Program-made: the position numbers and the translations under genes | Shown here: positions 40,522-49,067 of the stretch, one piece after another | Position numbering within the stretch: position 1 is the stretch's first letter | Layout of the letters: each line of letters begins with the position of its first letter | Notes under the pieces: generated by a model | The model's input: only the letters and a program-made list of their open reading frames with translations | What the model was told of the DNA's origin: nothing | The model's database searches: none | Source: Patescibacteria group bacterium | GTDB taxonomy: Bacteria; Patescibacteriota; Patescibacteriia; Buchananbacterales; UBA6539 | NCBI GenBank assembly: GCA_041662625.1 | Contig: JBAZSB010000001.1 | Coordinates: forward strand, 310,467 to 374,466 | Length of the DNA: 64,000 nucleotides | Direction of reading: 5' to 3'

Positions 40522-41946
40522 ATGAAAAATTCTAAACAAACGCCAAAAATTAATTTGGTTAGTAAGGAAAGAGGTGGTATACTAATAATGACGTTAGTTT
40601 TTGTAACTGTTTTTTTAATTATTGCAATTGGTCTTCTGAGTTTGATTAATCAGCAGACAAAATTAGGCGAGCAACGCCAAGCCTTATCGGAGGCCATCCA
40701 GATTGCTGAAGCCGGCGTAAATTATTACCGTTGGCACCTAGCGCATGATTTAGAGGATTATGCTGATGATACCGGCCAAACCGGCTGCTACCCCTGCGGA
40801 CCTTATACTCATGAGTACTACGACCCCTCTAGCGGCTTAGTTGGTTATTTTAGTTTAACTATCACCCCACCTGCCCCCACTTACCCTGGCTCAACAATCG
40901 TCAAAATCAAATCAGTTGGCTGGACCACAAAATATCCCAATTCAAAAAGAGAAGTGGCAGTAAGGCTGGGCTTACCGTCGCTAGCCAGATTTACCACTGT
41001 TGTCCATAACAATCTAAATTACGGCGTCGGTTCGGAAACCTTCGGCCCGGTTCATTCCAATGGCGGCATTAGATTTGATGGCATTGCCCATAATATTGTC
41101 AGTAGTGCCTTGGAAGAATATTGGTATGGCGGCAGCTATGGCTGGCGCGATGGAGTTTGGACATCACTAGCCAATGAAGATGAGGTATTTTTAGCCGGCA
41201 AAGAATTCCCGGCGCCAACGGTTGACTTCGGCAGTTTCACCCAAAGTTTAAATACGATGGAAACTTATGCCACTTCAGATGGTGTATTATTAGAACCATC
41301 CGGATATCAAGGGTATCATATTCAATTTTTGGGTGATGGTAATTTCCAGTACCGAATAGTTGAAAGCAAAACTTCGACTTGCAATGATGAAGACACCGGG
41401 GGCATTGCCACCTATTACGGTGATTGGCAAACCGTTGCTATACCGGACAATGGCTTAATCTTTGCTAAAGATAATTTATGGGTTGACGGCACGGTTAATG
41501 GCAGTCGGGTAACTTTAGTAGCCGCCGAAGATCCCCTAGATACCGGCGAAGCAGATATTTTTCTGAATAACGATCTATTATATACTGATAAAAATGGTTT
41601 GGATGTTATCGGTTTAATTGCCCAAAGGAATGTAGTTATTGGCTTGTATAGCGAAGATGATTTAGAAATTGACGCCGTTTGTATCGCTAAAAATGGCAAG
41701 CGCTTTAGGCCTGATTACGGTTCCACTATGCAATGCGGGTCAAGTGTCTTAAGAGATGAATTCCTTTTGTACGGATCAACAATTAGCTATTTAACTCCCT
41801 ACATGAACAGCGGCTCAAGCGGGTATGAAAATCGCAGTTATATCTATGACCCTAATACGCTTTATGCTCCCCCGCCCTTTTTCCCAACCAGCGGTGAATA
41901 CGAATTTATCCTCTGGGAAGAAGTTTTAGAAGGAGAAACATACTAA
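40522..41946 (+). CDS. PilX/GspK-like minor pilin
   Basis: RG/GILIMTL (no Glu5), AIQIAEAGV, GPVHSNG, C-terminal YDP...PPPFFP. Confidence 0.8.
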   Translation: MKNSKQTPKINLVSKERGGILIMTLVFVTVFLIIAIGLLSLINQQTKLGEQRQALSEAIQIAEAGVNYYRWHLAHDLEDYADDTGQTGCYPCGPYTHEYYDPSSGLVGYFSLTITPPAPTYPGSTIVKIKSVGWTTKYPNSKREVAVRLGLPSLARFTTVVHNNLNYGVGSETFGPVHSNGGIRFDGIAHNIVSSALEEYWYGGSYGWRDGVWTSLANEDEVFLAGKEFPAPTVDFGSFTQSLNTMETYATSDGVLLEPSGYQGYHIQFLGDGNFQYRIVESKTSTCNDEDTGGIATYYGDWQTVAIPDNGLIFAKDNLWVDGTVNGSRVTLVAAEDPLDTGEADIFLNNDLLYTDKNGLDVIGLIAQRNVVIGLYSEDDLEIDAVCIAKNGKRFRPDYGSTMQCGSSVLRDEFLLYGSTISYLTPYMNSGSSGYENRSYIYDPNTLYAPPPFFPTSGEYEFILWEEVLEGETY

Positions 41947-41957
41947 AAAATATTTTT

Positions 41958-43013
41958 ATGGAAATTGAGTCATCAAAAAATATCTTCGGCCTAGATATCA
42001 GCCAAAATTGTGTGCGCCTGATCCAGTTAAAAAGGAAAAATAAAGATTTTTCCATTAAATCTTTTAATGAGGTAAGGCTGGCTGATGGAACCATTGTTAA
42101 TGGCGAAATAAAAAATCAGGATAAAATGACAGAGGCCGTTAAAAAATTGGTTAAAACTGTCCAAGGAGACAAGATAAAAACTAAAAATCTTGTCGCCGTT
42201 TTACCTGAACCAAAAACTTTCATTAAAGTAATAGAAATAGTAATTAAAAATGAAAAAGATAACATAACGAAGTTGGTTCAGGAAGAAATAAAAAATCATA
42301 TTCCTTTAGAGGCTGAGGATATCTACTTCGATTGGCAGATTTTAAGCCAAAATAACAATCAGACAAAAATTATAGTGGCGGCAATCCCAAAAGTAATATC
42401 AGACTCTTACTTTGATACTTTAACCAAGGCCGGTTTTATTCCAATCGCTTTAGAAGTTGAAGCCATCGCCATTGCCCGAGCTTTGATCAAAGAAAAAGAA
42501 GAGGACCCCAAAAAAGCTAAAATTATCATTGATTTTGGGGCAACGAGAACCAGCTTAATTATCTACGACCACAAAGCAGTTCAATTCACTGTCAGTTTAC
42601 CAATTTCCGGTGATAAAATTACCGAAACAATTTCTAACACTCTTAGCCTTGATGCCCAAAAGGCGGAAGAAGCAAAAATTGTCTGCGGTTTAGACCAAAA
42701 AAAATGTGAAGGGGCAATATTCAAAATACTTGTAGCCTCAATTAATAATCTGGCTGACCAAATTAAAAAATCAATTATTTTTTACAAAACAAACTTTGTC
42801 GATAGCAATGACATAGCTGGAATTATAATTTGCGGCGGCGGGGCAAACTTGTCCCAAATTGATAAAATATTAACGGAGGCACTTCAAATCCCAACCGCAA
42901 TTGCTAATCCCTTAATCAACCTCGGTAAACAAAAAGGATTAAATATGCCAGCTGACAAATTGCTGTCTTATGCGACGGCTATTGGTCTAGCTTTAAGAAA
43001 TTGGCAAAAATAG
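41958..43013 (+). CDS. pilM: type IV pilus assembly protein PilM
   Basis: FGLDIS, HIPL, IIDFGATRT, ICGGGANL, ANP, ATAIGLALR. Confidence 0.92.
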   Translation: MEIESSKNIFGLDISQNCVRLIQLKRKNKDFSIKSFNEVRLADGTIVNGEIKNQDKMTEAVKKLVKTVQGDKIKTKNLVAVLPEPKTFIKVIEIVIKNEKDNITKLVQEEIKNHIPLEAEDIYFDWQILSQNNNQTKIIVAAIPKVISDSYFDTLTKAGFIPIALEVEAIAIARALIKEKEEDPKKAKIIIDFGATRTSLIIYDHKAVQFTVSLPISGDKITETISNTLSLDAQKAEEAKIVCGLDQKKCEGAIFKILVASINNLADQIKKSIIFYKTNFVDSNDIAGIIICGGGANLSQIDKILTEALQIPTAIANPLINLGKQKGLNMPADKLLSYATAIGLALRNWQK

Positions 43014-43015
43014 AA

Positions 43016-43558
43016 ATGATTACTTTGAATTTAATTTCACCTGAACAAAAAAAAGAACTCGGACTACGCCGGTTTTATATTTTGATCAAAAACTTAACTA
43101 TTATTTTCTTACTTTTTACTACCATTTTAGCAATTATCATGTTAATTGCTAAAATGATTATCCAGAATAATTTCAATAAAGTTGTTAATGATTATTCTTT
43201 GACTACAAGATACAGTCGAATTGTTAATTATGAAATGGAAAATTTTGATAAGCAACTGAACTTTATAGTAAATGTTCAAAATGACTACATCCCCTGGACT
43301 AATTTTATTGCCAGTTTTATCAATTCTGTCCCACCAGAAATTAATCTCTATAGTGTTGATTTGGGAAAGACAGATAGCCAAATGAAAATTAATGGCTTTG
43401 CCCAAAATCGGGATGACCTCTTAAAATTCAAAGGTAATCTAGAAAACCTGCCACTTCTATCGGAAATAAATGTACCAATGGGAAACCTCCTAAAAAAAGA
43501 AAGTATTGAATTCGAAATTGAAGCAAAAATCAACTTAGAAGAATTGAAAAAACTATGA
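43016..43558 (+). CDS. PilN-like protein
   Basis: ITLNLI N-terminus, TM, coiled coil, INGFA...LL.F...LE; follows pilM. Confidence 0.8.
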   Translation: MITLNLISPEQKKELGLRRFYILIKNLTIIFLLFTTILAIIMLIAKMIIQNNFNKVVNDYSLTTRYSRIVNYEMENFDKQLNFIVNVQNDYIPWTNFIASFINSVPPEINLYSVDLGKTDSQMKINGFAQNRDDLLKFKGNLENLPLLSEINVPMGNLLKKESIEFEIEAKINLEELKKL

Positions 43559-44091
43559 GCCTAAAACTGAAAACTGCTATTATTGTATCACTAAATATCC
43601 TACTTATTATAGTAATTTCTTTGGTTATTATTTTACCAATCACTCGAGATATTAAAAAAATTGGTGATGCAATCTACAAAGAAAGAGTTGATTTGGAAAA
43701 AAAATATTTAAGAGGCCAATTATTGAAAAAAACAGTCAGCGATTTTGAAAAAATAAAACCTCAAAAAGACAGATTGAATGCTATTTTTATTATTGAAGGT
43801 GAGGAACTAAAATTTGTTTCTAGGCTGGAAGAAATTGCCAGTTTAAATAATGTCCGCCAAACTATTGAGCTAGATACAAAAAATTCTGAGATTCAGGAAG
43901 GAATAAAGATATTACCTTTAAAAATAACAACCCAGGGTAATTTTGTATCAATAATGAAATACCTAACTGATTTGGAACAACTCAATTATTATTTTAATAT
44001 TTATTCAGTCAGAATAGGAACGGAAAAAGATTTAATTATTGCTACTTTAGATGGTAAAATTTTCAGCCAGGGTAAAGAGGAAATAAAATAA
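43555..44091 (+). CDS. PilO-like protein
   Basis: TM, coiled coil, GNF.SIMKYL.DLE; follows pilN. Confidence 0.78.
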   Translation: MSLKLKTAIIVSLNILLIIVISLVIILPITRDIKKIGDAIYKERVDLEKKYLRGQLLKKTVSDFEKIKPQKDRLNAIFIIEGEELKFVSRLEEIASLNNVRQTIELDTKNSEIQEGIKILPLKITTQGNFVSIMKYLTDLEQLNYYFNIYSVRIGTEKDLIIATLDGKIFSQGKEEIK

Positions 44092-44096
44092 ACAAC

Positions 44097-44414
44097 ATGA
44101 AATTAAAACTTGCAAAAATAGCCACCTCTTCAAAAACTATCACCCTGATAGTAACCTTGATTTTTATTATTATTTTAGGGTATTTCGGCGGATTTTTATA
44201 TAAAAATATTTATCAAACCATTACTCAATCCCAGGAAATTATCGTTATGAGGGCAGAAGTTTCCCCCTATGCAATTAACATCGAAAAATTTAATGATATC
44301 TTAACAGCAATTGACAAAAAAAGTACCGCTACAAATACTCCCGCTTGGCAAGAGATGAGGAACCCTTTTGGTTTTACTTCAATTAATCGGCCAACGACCG
44401 GCGGAATAGATTAA
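44097..44414 (+). CDS. small membrane protein ending the pilus operon (PilP-like position)
   Basis: TM plus RNPF motif. Confidence 0.6.
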   Translation: MKLKLAKIATSSKTITLIVTLIFIIILGYFGGFLYKNIYQTITQSQEIIVMRAEVSPYAINIEKFNDILTAIDKKSTATNTPAWQEMRNPFGFTSINRPTTGGID

Positions 44415-44444
44415 AAAAAGTCTATAAAGCTCTTCTAGCTTACT

Positions 44445-44480
44445 TACTTAAAACCGAGGTCTATACCTCGGTTTTAAGTA
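44445..44480. terminator. perfect 16-bp inverted repeat between convergent operons
   Basis: TACTTAAAACCGAGGT-CTAT-ACCTCGGTTTTAAGTA. Confidence 0.65.
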
Positions 44481-44497
44481 CGAATTTTTATCACTAA

Positions 44498-45667
44498 TTA
44501 TTTTATTGGCGATATCATCCTTAATTTAGCCACAATCCTCGGTAAAACCTCCAATAAATAATCAACATCTTTTTCTGTATTGAATTTACCCAAAGTTATC
44601 CTTAAACTGCCATGAGCCAACAGCGGATCCATGCCTAGACTCATAAGGACATGAGATGGCTCCAATGAGCCAGAAGAGCAGGCCGAACCGGTAGAAACGG
44701 CAATCCCTTCTTGGTCTAAAAGTAAAAGCATACTTTCACCTTCTACCCCCTTAAAACTAAAGTGGGCATTGCTTGGGACTCGTTTTTCTAAATCACCATT
44801 AACTTGGGTATTAGGAATATTTTTCAAAACGCCAGCAATTAATTTATCACTTAATTTTTTTATTTTCTTATTACTTTCTTGATCTTGAGTGATAAGTTCG
44901 ACTGCCTTCCCTAGGCCAATGATACCGGGCACATTTAAAGTGCCAGGGCGCAAACCTTTTTCCTGATGGCCGCCAAATTGAATTGGGCTAAGTGGCGTAC
45001 CAGCCCTTTTATACAAAACCCCGATACCTTTTGGTCCATAAATTTTATGACCGGACAAAGATAATAAATCAACCCCCAATTTGTCAACATTCATCTCACA
45101 ATAATTAGCAGCTTGGACCGCGTCAGTATGAAAATAAATTCTGTTTTCTGATTTCCGTTTTCTGTTTTCTTCCTTTACCAATTCTCCAATTTCAACAATT
45201 GACTGAATAGTTCCGATCTCATTATTAACATACATAACTGAAATCAAACGGGTATTCTCTTTAATCGCCTGTTTGATATCATCAACGGAAACTAAACCTT
45301 TATTGCTCACGCCAATATAAGTAACTTCCACGCCTCTTTTTTCCATCTCCCGGCAGGGCTCCAAAATGGCCGGATGTTCAATTCTAGTAGTAATAATATG
45401 TTCGCCTGGCTTGGCTAAACCCAAAATCACAAGATTATCACTTTCAGTCGCTCCAGAAGTGAAAAAGACTTCACTAGTCTTACTCCCTAAAAAATCAGCA
45501 ACGATTTCTCTGGCTTCATCCACTTTTGCCATAGCTGTTTGGCCGTGAATATGAATTGACGAAGCATTACCAAAAGTTTCAGAAAAATAAGGCAACATTT
45601 CTTTAAGAACCTGGGGGGCCACCGGAGTAGTGGCTGAATGGTCAAAGTAGATTTTTTGGTTAGACAT
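44498..45667 (-). CDS. iscS: cysteine desulfurase (IscS/NifS type)
   Basis: YFDHSATTP, FTSGATE, HTDAVQ, SGHKIYGPKG, STGSACSS. Confidence 0.95.
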   Translation of the reverse strand: MSNQKIYFDHSATTPVAPQVLKEMLPYFSETFGNASSIHIHGQTAMAKVDEAREIVADFLGSKTSEVFFTSGATESDNLVILGLAKPGEHIITTRIEHPAILEPCREMEKRGVEVTYIGVSNKGLVSVDDIKQAIKENTRLISVMYVNNEIGTIQSIVEIGELVKEENRKRKSENRIYFHTDAVQAANYCEMNVDKLGVDLLSLSGHKIYGPKGIGVLYKRAGTPLSPIQFGGHQEKGLRPGTLNVPGIIGLGKAVELITQDQESNKKIKKLSDKLIAGVLKNIPNTQVNGDLEKRVPSNAHFSFKGVEGESMLLLLDQEGIAVSTGSACSSGSLEPSHVLMSLGMDPLLAHGSLRITLGKFNTEKDVDYLLEVLPRIVAKLRMISPIK

Positions 45668-45673
45668 AACAAT

Positions 45674-45757
45674 TTAAGTTAATAAAGTTAATAGAGCAAT
45701 AAAGCGATAAGGTGCCGAAAACTTCATTACTTTATTAACTTTATCGCTTTATCTCTT
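45674..45757. repeat. 9-mer inverted tandem arrays
   Basis: AAGTTAATA-type units then TTTATTAAC/TTTATCGC units. Confidence 0.55.
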
Positions 45758-45760
45758 AAT

Positions 45761-45985
45761 TTAAACGGCCTCAATATCTTTAACACCCTTAACCTTACTC
45801 TTTAAAACCCGGCCAATACCATCTTGCAAAGTCATCTGTGACATTGGACAACCAGCGCAAGCCCCTTGGAGTTTAAGCTTGACTATACCTTTCTTTTCAT
45901 CAACATCAATTAGTTCTACATCGCCGCCATCGGCTTGAAGGGTAGGCCTTATTTCATCTAGAATTTTTTTTACTTCGTCTTTCAT
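45761..45985 (-). CDS. NifU C-terminal (Nfu-type) Fe-S carrier
   Basis: [29 protein letters not shown]. Confidence 0.93.
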   Translation of the reverse strand: MKDEVKKILDEIRPTLQADGGDVELIDVDEKKGIVKLKLQGACAGCPMSQMTLQDGIGRVLKSKVKGVKDIEAV

Positions 45986-45995
45986 AGTTAGTTAT

Positions 45996-46072
45996 AGAAT
46001 TAAGAATCATGAATCAAGAATTAAGGTTGCTTGGTAGTACTTCCTTGATTCTTGATTCTTACTTCTTGATTC
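45996..46072. repeat. heptamer palindromic element (AGAATCA family)
   Basis: (AGAATYA)4-AGGTTGCTTGG...-(TTGATTC)n. Confidence 0.8.
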
Positions 46073-46517
46073 AATCTTCGGTAATCTTATAATCCTTAAT
46101 TTCCGGATATTGATCCAGCACCCTCTCTTTTTCTAGATAATTCCTGATTGCCACTTTCAAAGCATCGGAAGCTAAAACTGAACAATGTAGTTTAACTGGC
46201 GGCAATTCACCAAGGCCTTTGACAATATCTTTTTTTTCCAAAATCCAAGCTTCTTTTAAAGTTTTACCTTTGACCATATCGGTTGAAATTGAAGAACAGG
46301 CAATCGCTGCGGCACAACCTAAGGTTTCAAACTTAACGTCTGAAATCACGTCTTCCAATCGGTTGACAGTTGACGACGGGTGATCAACCTTTAAATAAAT
46401 TTTCATCATATCCCCGCATAAAGGGTTACCGACTTCACCAATCGCGTCAGCGTCAGCAATTTGACCCTGGTTATGGGGATTTTGGAAATGATCCATTACT
46501 TTTTTAGAATATGGCAT
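46071..46517 (-). CDS. iscU: Fe-S scaffold IscU/NifU-N
   Basis: YSKKVMDHFQNPHN, GNPLCGD, FETLGCAAAIA, LPPVKLHCS. Confidence 0.93.
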   Translation of the reverse strand: MPYSKKVMDHFQNPHNQGQIADADAIGEVGNPLCGDMMKIYLKVDHPSSTVNRLEDVISDVKFETLGCAAAIACSSISTDMVKGKTLKEAWILEKKDIVKGLGELPPVKLHCSVLASDALKVAIRNYLEKERVLDQYPEIKDYKITED

Positions 46518-46547
46518 AAGCTTAAATTAGAAATTCATAATTAAAAA

Positions 46548-46946
46548 TTAAATCAAATCTTTCAAAGTCATTGATTTTAAACTGTCAGTAATCGCTTTTT
46601 GGACTTTTTGATAGACTTTAGCTGACGGACAAGCCTTAACCCCGCAAAAAACCCGACCATTCACGCCCAGACAATGAAAGACCGAGATTTGTCCTTCTAA
46701 AGCCTCTATAACGCTAAAAACGCTGATTTTTGAAGGGTTTCTGGCCAATTGATAGCCACCAGCCATTCCTTTCGAGCTAAGCACTAAATCGGCCTTTTTT
46801 AAACGAGAAAAAAGTCGTTCCAAATAGGCCTGGGAGATCTTTTCGGCTTTAGCCATTTTAGCTAAAGAATAAGGTCCCTGGGCGTAATTTTTAGCTAAAT
46901 GGATTATTGCCCTTAAGCCATAAGATGATCTGGTGGAAAATTTCAT
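46548..46946 (-). CDS. Rrf2 family regulator (IscR-like)
   Basis: YGLRAI, ISQAYLERLF..L, GGYQLA, three C-terminal Cys. Confidence 0.92.
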   Translation of the reverse strand: MKFSTRSSYGLRAIIHLAKNYAQGPYSLAKMAKAEKISQAYLERLFSRLKKADLVLSSKGMAGGYQLARNPSKISVFSVIEALEGQISVFHCLGVNGRVFCGVKACPSAKVYQKVQKAITDSLKSMTLKDLI

Positions 46947-46967
46947 ATATTAAATTGGCTAAAATCG

Positions 46968-47024
46968 GGCAAGACCAGAGGGTGGACTGAATTAACTAGA
47001 TTAGATTCCCACCCTCCTCTCGCC
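46968..47024 (-). promoter_or_regulatory. GC-rich hairpin between leader ORF and rrf2 gene
   Basis: Minus strand GGCGAGA-G-GAGGGTGG...CCACCCTC-TGG-TCTTGCC then CGATTTT. Confidence 0.65.
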
Positions 47025-47031
47025 ACACTTA

Positions 47032-47082
47032 TTAGCAACCGCAGCCGGGGCCGCAGTTACTACAGCACGAACAATTGTCCAT
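47032..47082 (-). CDS. putative cysteine-rich leader peptide MDNCSCCSNCGPGCGC
   Basis: ATG GAC AAT TGT TCG TGC TGT AGT AAC TGC GGC CCC GGC TGC GGT TGC TAA TAA; AT-rich start context like host genes; first ORF after the promoter. Confidence 0.65.
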   Translation of the reverse strand: MDNCSCCSNCGPGCGC

Positions 47083-47102
47083 ATATTGAGCGCTTAATTA
47101 TT

Positions 47103-47160
47103 AATACCAACCATTTTAGTCGGTATTTATTAATTTTAGCAAATAAAAAAAGTCTGTCAA
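47103..47160 (-). promoter_or_regulatory. Fe-S operon promoter with IscR-type palindromic operator
   Basis: TTGACA (47155-47160)-16 nt-TAAAAT (47133-47138) with TGn extension; palindrome AATACCGACTAAAATGGTTGGTATT (47103-47127). Confidence 0.75.
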
Positions 47161-47184
47161 GACCCCAGAGGATATAGCTAAAGA

Positions 47185-47790
47185 TTAATCGAAATTTTTA
47201 ATTAAAGTAATAGCTTCTTTAAGCTGCCTAGCTAAATTTTTTGACGGATCAAAGGTATACAAAAAAGGCCGATTTAAATTTTTATAAAGCGATTTTGTCC
47301 GATAATAATTTCTGACTGCTTGGTCACTATTTTCAAAAAGCCAGGTATGTTTGTAGTTTCGTAATTTTTTGATAATAAATTGCTCGGGTGGATTTACATG
47401 GAGCCAAATAATTTTTACTTTAAATCGATTTTTAATTTTTTTCAAATAAACTTGTGCCTCTTCTGAGGCGCAATTAGTATCTAAAGCAATGCTAAATCCT
47501 TGCTTTAAATACTTTAGTGCAACGGTAAAAACCATTTCTTTATTCCGATTGTAATTATAACCATTTTCCTTAAGCAGTTGCCTGATTTCATCGGCACTTA
47601 TCCGTAATAATGATAACTTATGACTTAACGGTTTAATAACAGTGGTTTTACCCGCACCAACTAGTCCAACTGGACAAATTATAATTTGTTTGCTTAATTT
47701 CTTCTTTGGTACAATTAATTTTTTTTCATAAACAACTAATAAATCTTTCAGCTTATTATCGGAAAGATTTTTTGGATCTTGGCCTTCCAT
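47185..47790 (-). CDS. P-loop kinase (AAA_33-like)
   Basis: PVGLVGAGKTT, ISADEIR, IALDTN. Confidence 0.8.
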   Translation of the reverse strand: MEGQDPKNLSDNKLKDLLVVYEKKLIVPKKKLSKQIIICPVGLVGAGKTTVIKPLSHKLSLLRISADEIRQLLKENGYNYNRNKEMVFTVALKYLKQGFSIALDTNCASEEAQVYLKKIKNRFKVKIIWLHVNPPEQFIIKKLRNYKHTWLFENSDQAVRNYYRTKSLYKNLNRPFLYTFDPSKNLARQLKEAITLIKNFD

Positions 47791-47793
47791 ATT

Positions 47794-48633
47794 CTATTCA
47801 TTGACAATAATGACTACTTTTCTCCCCTGCTCCATTTCTTGATCAGTCATACCCCCTGCCGCTAAAGTGTGATCCCAATCATGGATGGCAGCAATTAATT
47901 TTTGATATTTATAACGGTAACCTTCACCTTTTCTAGTTCCTGGGTCATTAGTAATAAACTCGCCTTTGTTATCGTCATAACCACGGATTACCAGCATGTG
48001 GTAAATCGGACCGGCTCCGGTAAAATTTGGATTGCCTAGTTGCCGACCGGCGGCCGGAACAATAATCAGCTGACCGGCTAAAAGTTGTTTCTTGATATTT
48101 TCCACCGAAACATCGGTTGTCGTTTTAGCCGAAACCGCAAAATAATTTTTTAAAATTGATGTGGCTTCATCGGCCGTAACATCAACCTGATAGCCGTTTT
48201 CCTCTTCCCATTTAACTAAATTCAAAATCCCCTGTTCCATAAGGTGCGGACTTAACGGCTCTTTTTTAAAATATTTTACCGCCATAATCATGGCCGCTTC
48301 TTCGCAGGCTTCTTCATGCAACGCATCCCAGTTAGAAAAAGGCGCCTGACTGGCAAACGCCACAGGATAATCTAAAAATTTAGGAATCTCATTATTCTCA
48401 ATAATCGGCGTAACGGGTTTAACCGGTTCAACTGGTTTAGGCTCGGTTTTCACCGTTGTAGTTGGTTTGATTGGCTCAACTGTCTTATTGGTCGAACTTG
48501 GCGTCGTTGTGGCTTGAACTTCCGGTAAAGAATTGTTCTGATTTAGTAAAGCAACCTCTGTCTGATTTTGGCAGGCGACTAACGTAAAAATTGATGCAAT
48601 TAGCAAAAAATGTTTTATTTTCATACTCTCCAA
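47794..48633 (-). CDS. lipoprotein with C39-like peptidase domain
   Basis: Lipobox LVAC, Pro/Thr linker, QAPF...ACEEAA, YHMLVIRGY, NDPG. Confidence 0.82.
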   Translation of the reverse strand: MESMKIKHFLLIASIFTLVACQNQTEVALLNQNNSLPEVQATTTPSSTNKTVEPIKPTTTVKTEPKPVEPVKPVTPIIENNEIPKFLDYPVAFASQAPFSNWDALHEEACEEAAMIMAVKYFKKEPLSPHLMEQGILNLVKWEEENGYQVDVTADEATSILKNYFAVSAKTTTDVSVENIKKQLLAGQLIIVPAAGRQLGNPNFTGAGPIYHMLVIRGYDDNKGEFITNDPGTRKGEGYRYKYQKLIAAIHDWDHTLAAGGMTDQEMEQGRKVVIIVNE

Positions 48634-48723
48634 GTATATCCTAACCAGCCTTTCTTGACAATTCGGCCGCCATAAGCTATTATACTTCCATCCCTAATTT
48701 CTAATTCCTACTTCCTAAAAAAT

Positions 48724-49005
48724 ATGGCACATAAAAAAGCCGGCGGCTCAACTAGTTTAGGCCGGGATTCACAAGCGAAAAGATTAGGCACTAAACTCTA
48801 TGAAGGCCAGTTTGCCCAAGCAGGCAGTATTTTGATCCGCCAAAGAGGCACAAAAATTAGGCCAGGCCAAAATGTCAAAAGAGGCGAAGATGATACTTTA
48901 TATGCGGCAATTTCGGGACTGGTTAAATTTAACCGCAAAAAAATCAAAAAGTTTACCGGTAAATTAGAGTGGGCGCAGTTTGTCAACGTCATTGCTAAAA
49001 AATAG
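48724..49005 (+). CDS. rpmA: 50S ribosomal protein L27
   Basis: [28 protein letters not shown]. Confidence 0.98.
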   Translation: MAHKKAGGSTSLGRDSQAKRLGTKLYEGQFAQAGSILIRQRGTKIRPGQNVKRGEDDTLYAAISGLVKFNRKKIKKFTGKLEWAQFVNVIAKK

Positions 49006-49019
49006 CATTCATCAATAAT

Positions 49020-49051
49020 AAAAAAAGGGCAATTGTATTGCCTCTTTTTTT
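49020..49051. terminator. bidirectional terminator rpmA/pyrG
   Basis: A-run-GGGCAAT-TGT-ATTGCCTC-T run. Confidence 0.7.
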
Positions 49052-49067
49052 ATTGAAAAATTTATTC

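Noticed and set aside
46950-47100. tRNA or known riboswitch upstream of rrf2
   Set aside because: No cloverleaf, T-box or SAM-riboswitch consensus recognised; a short Cys-rich ORF plus hairpin explains the GC-rich patch better
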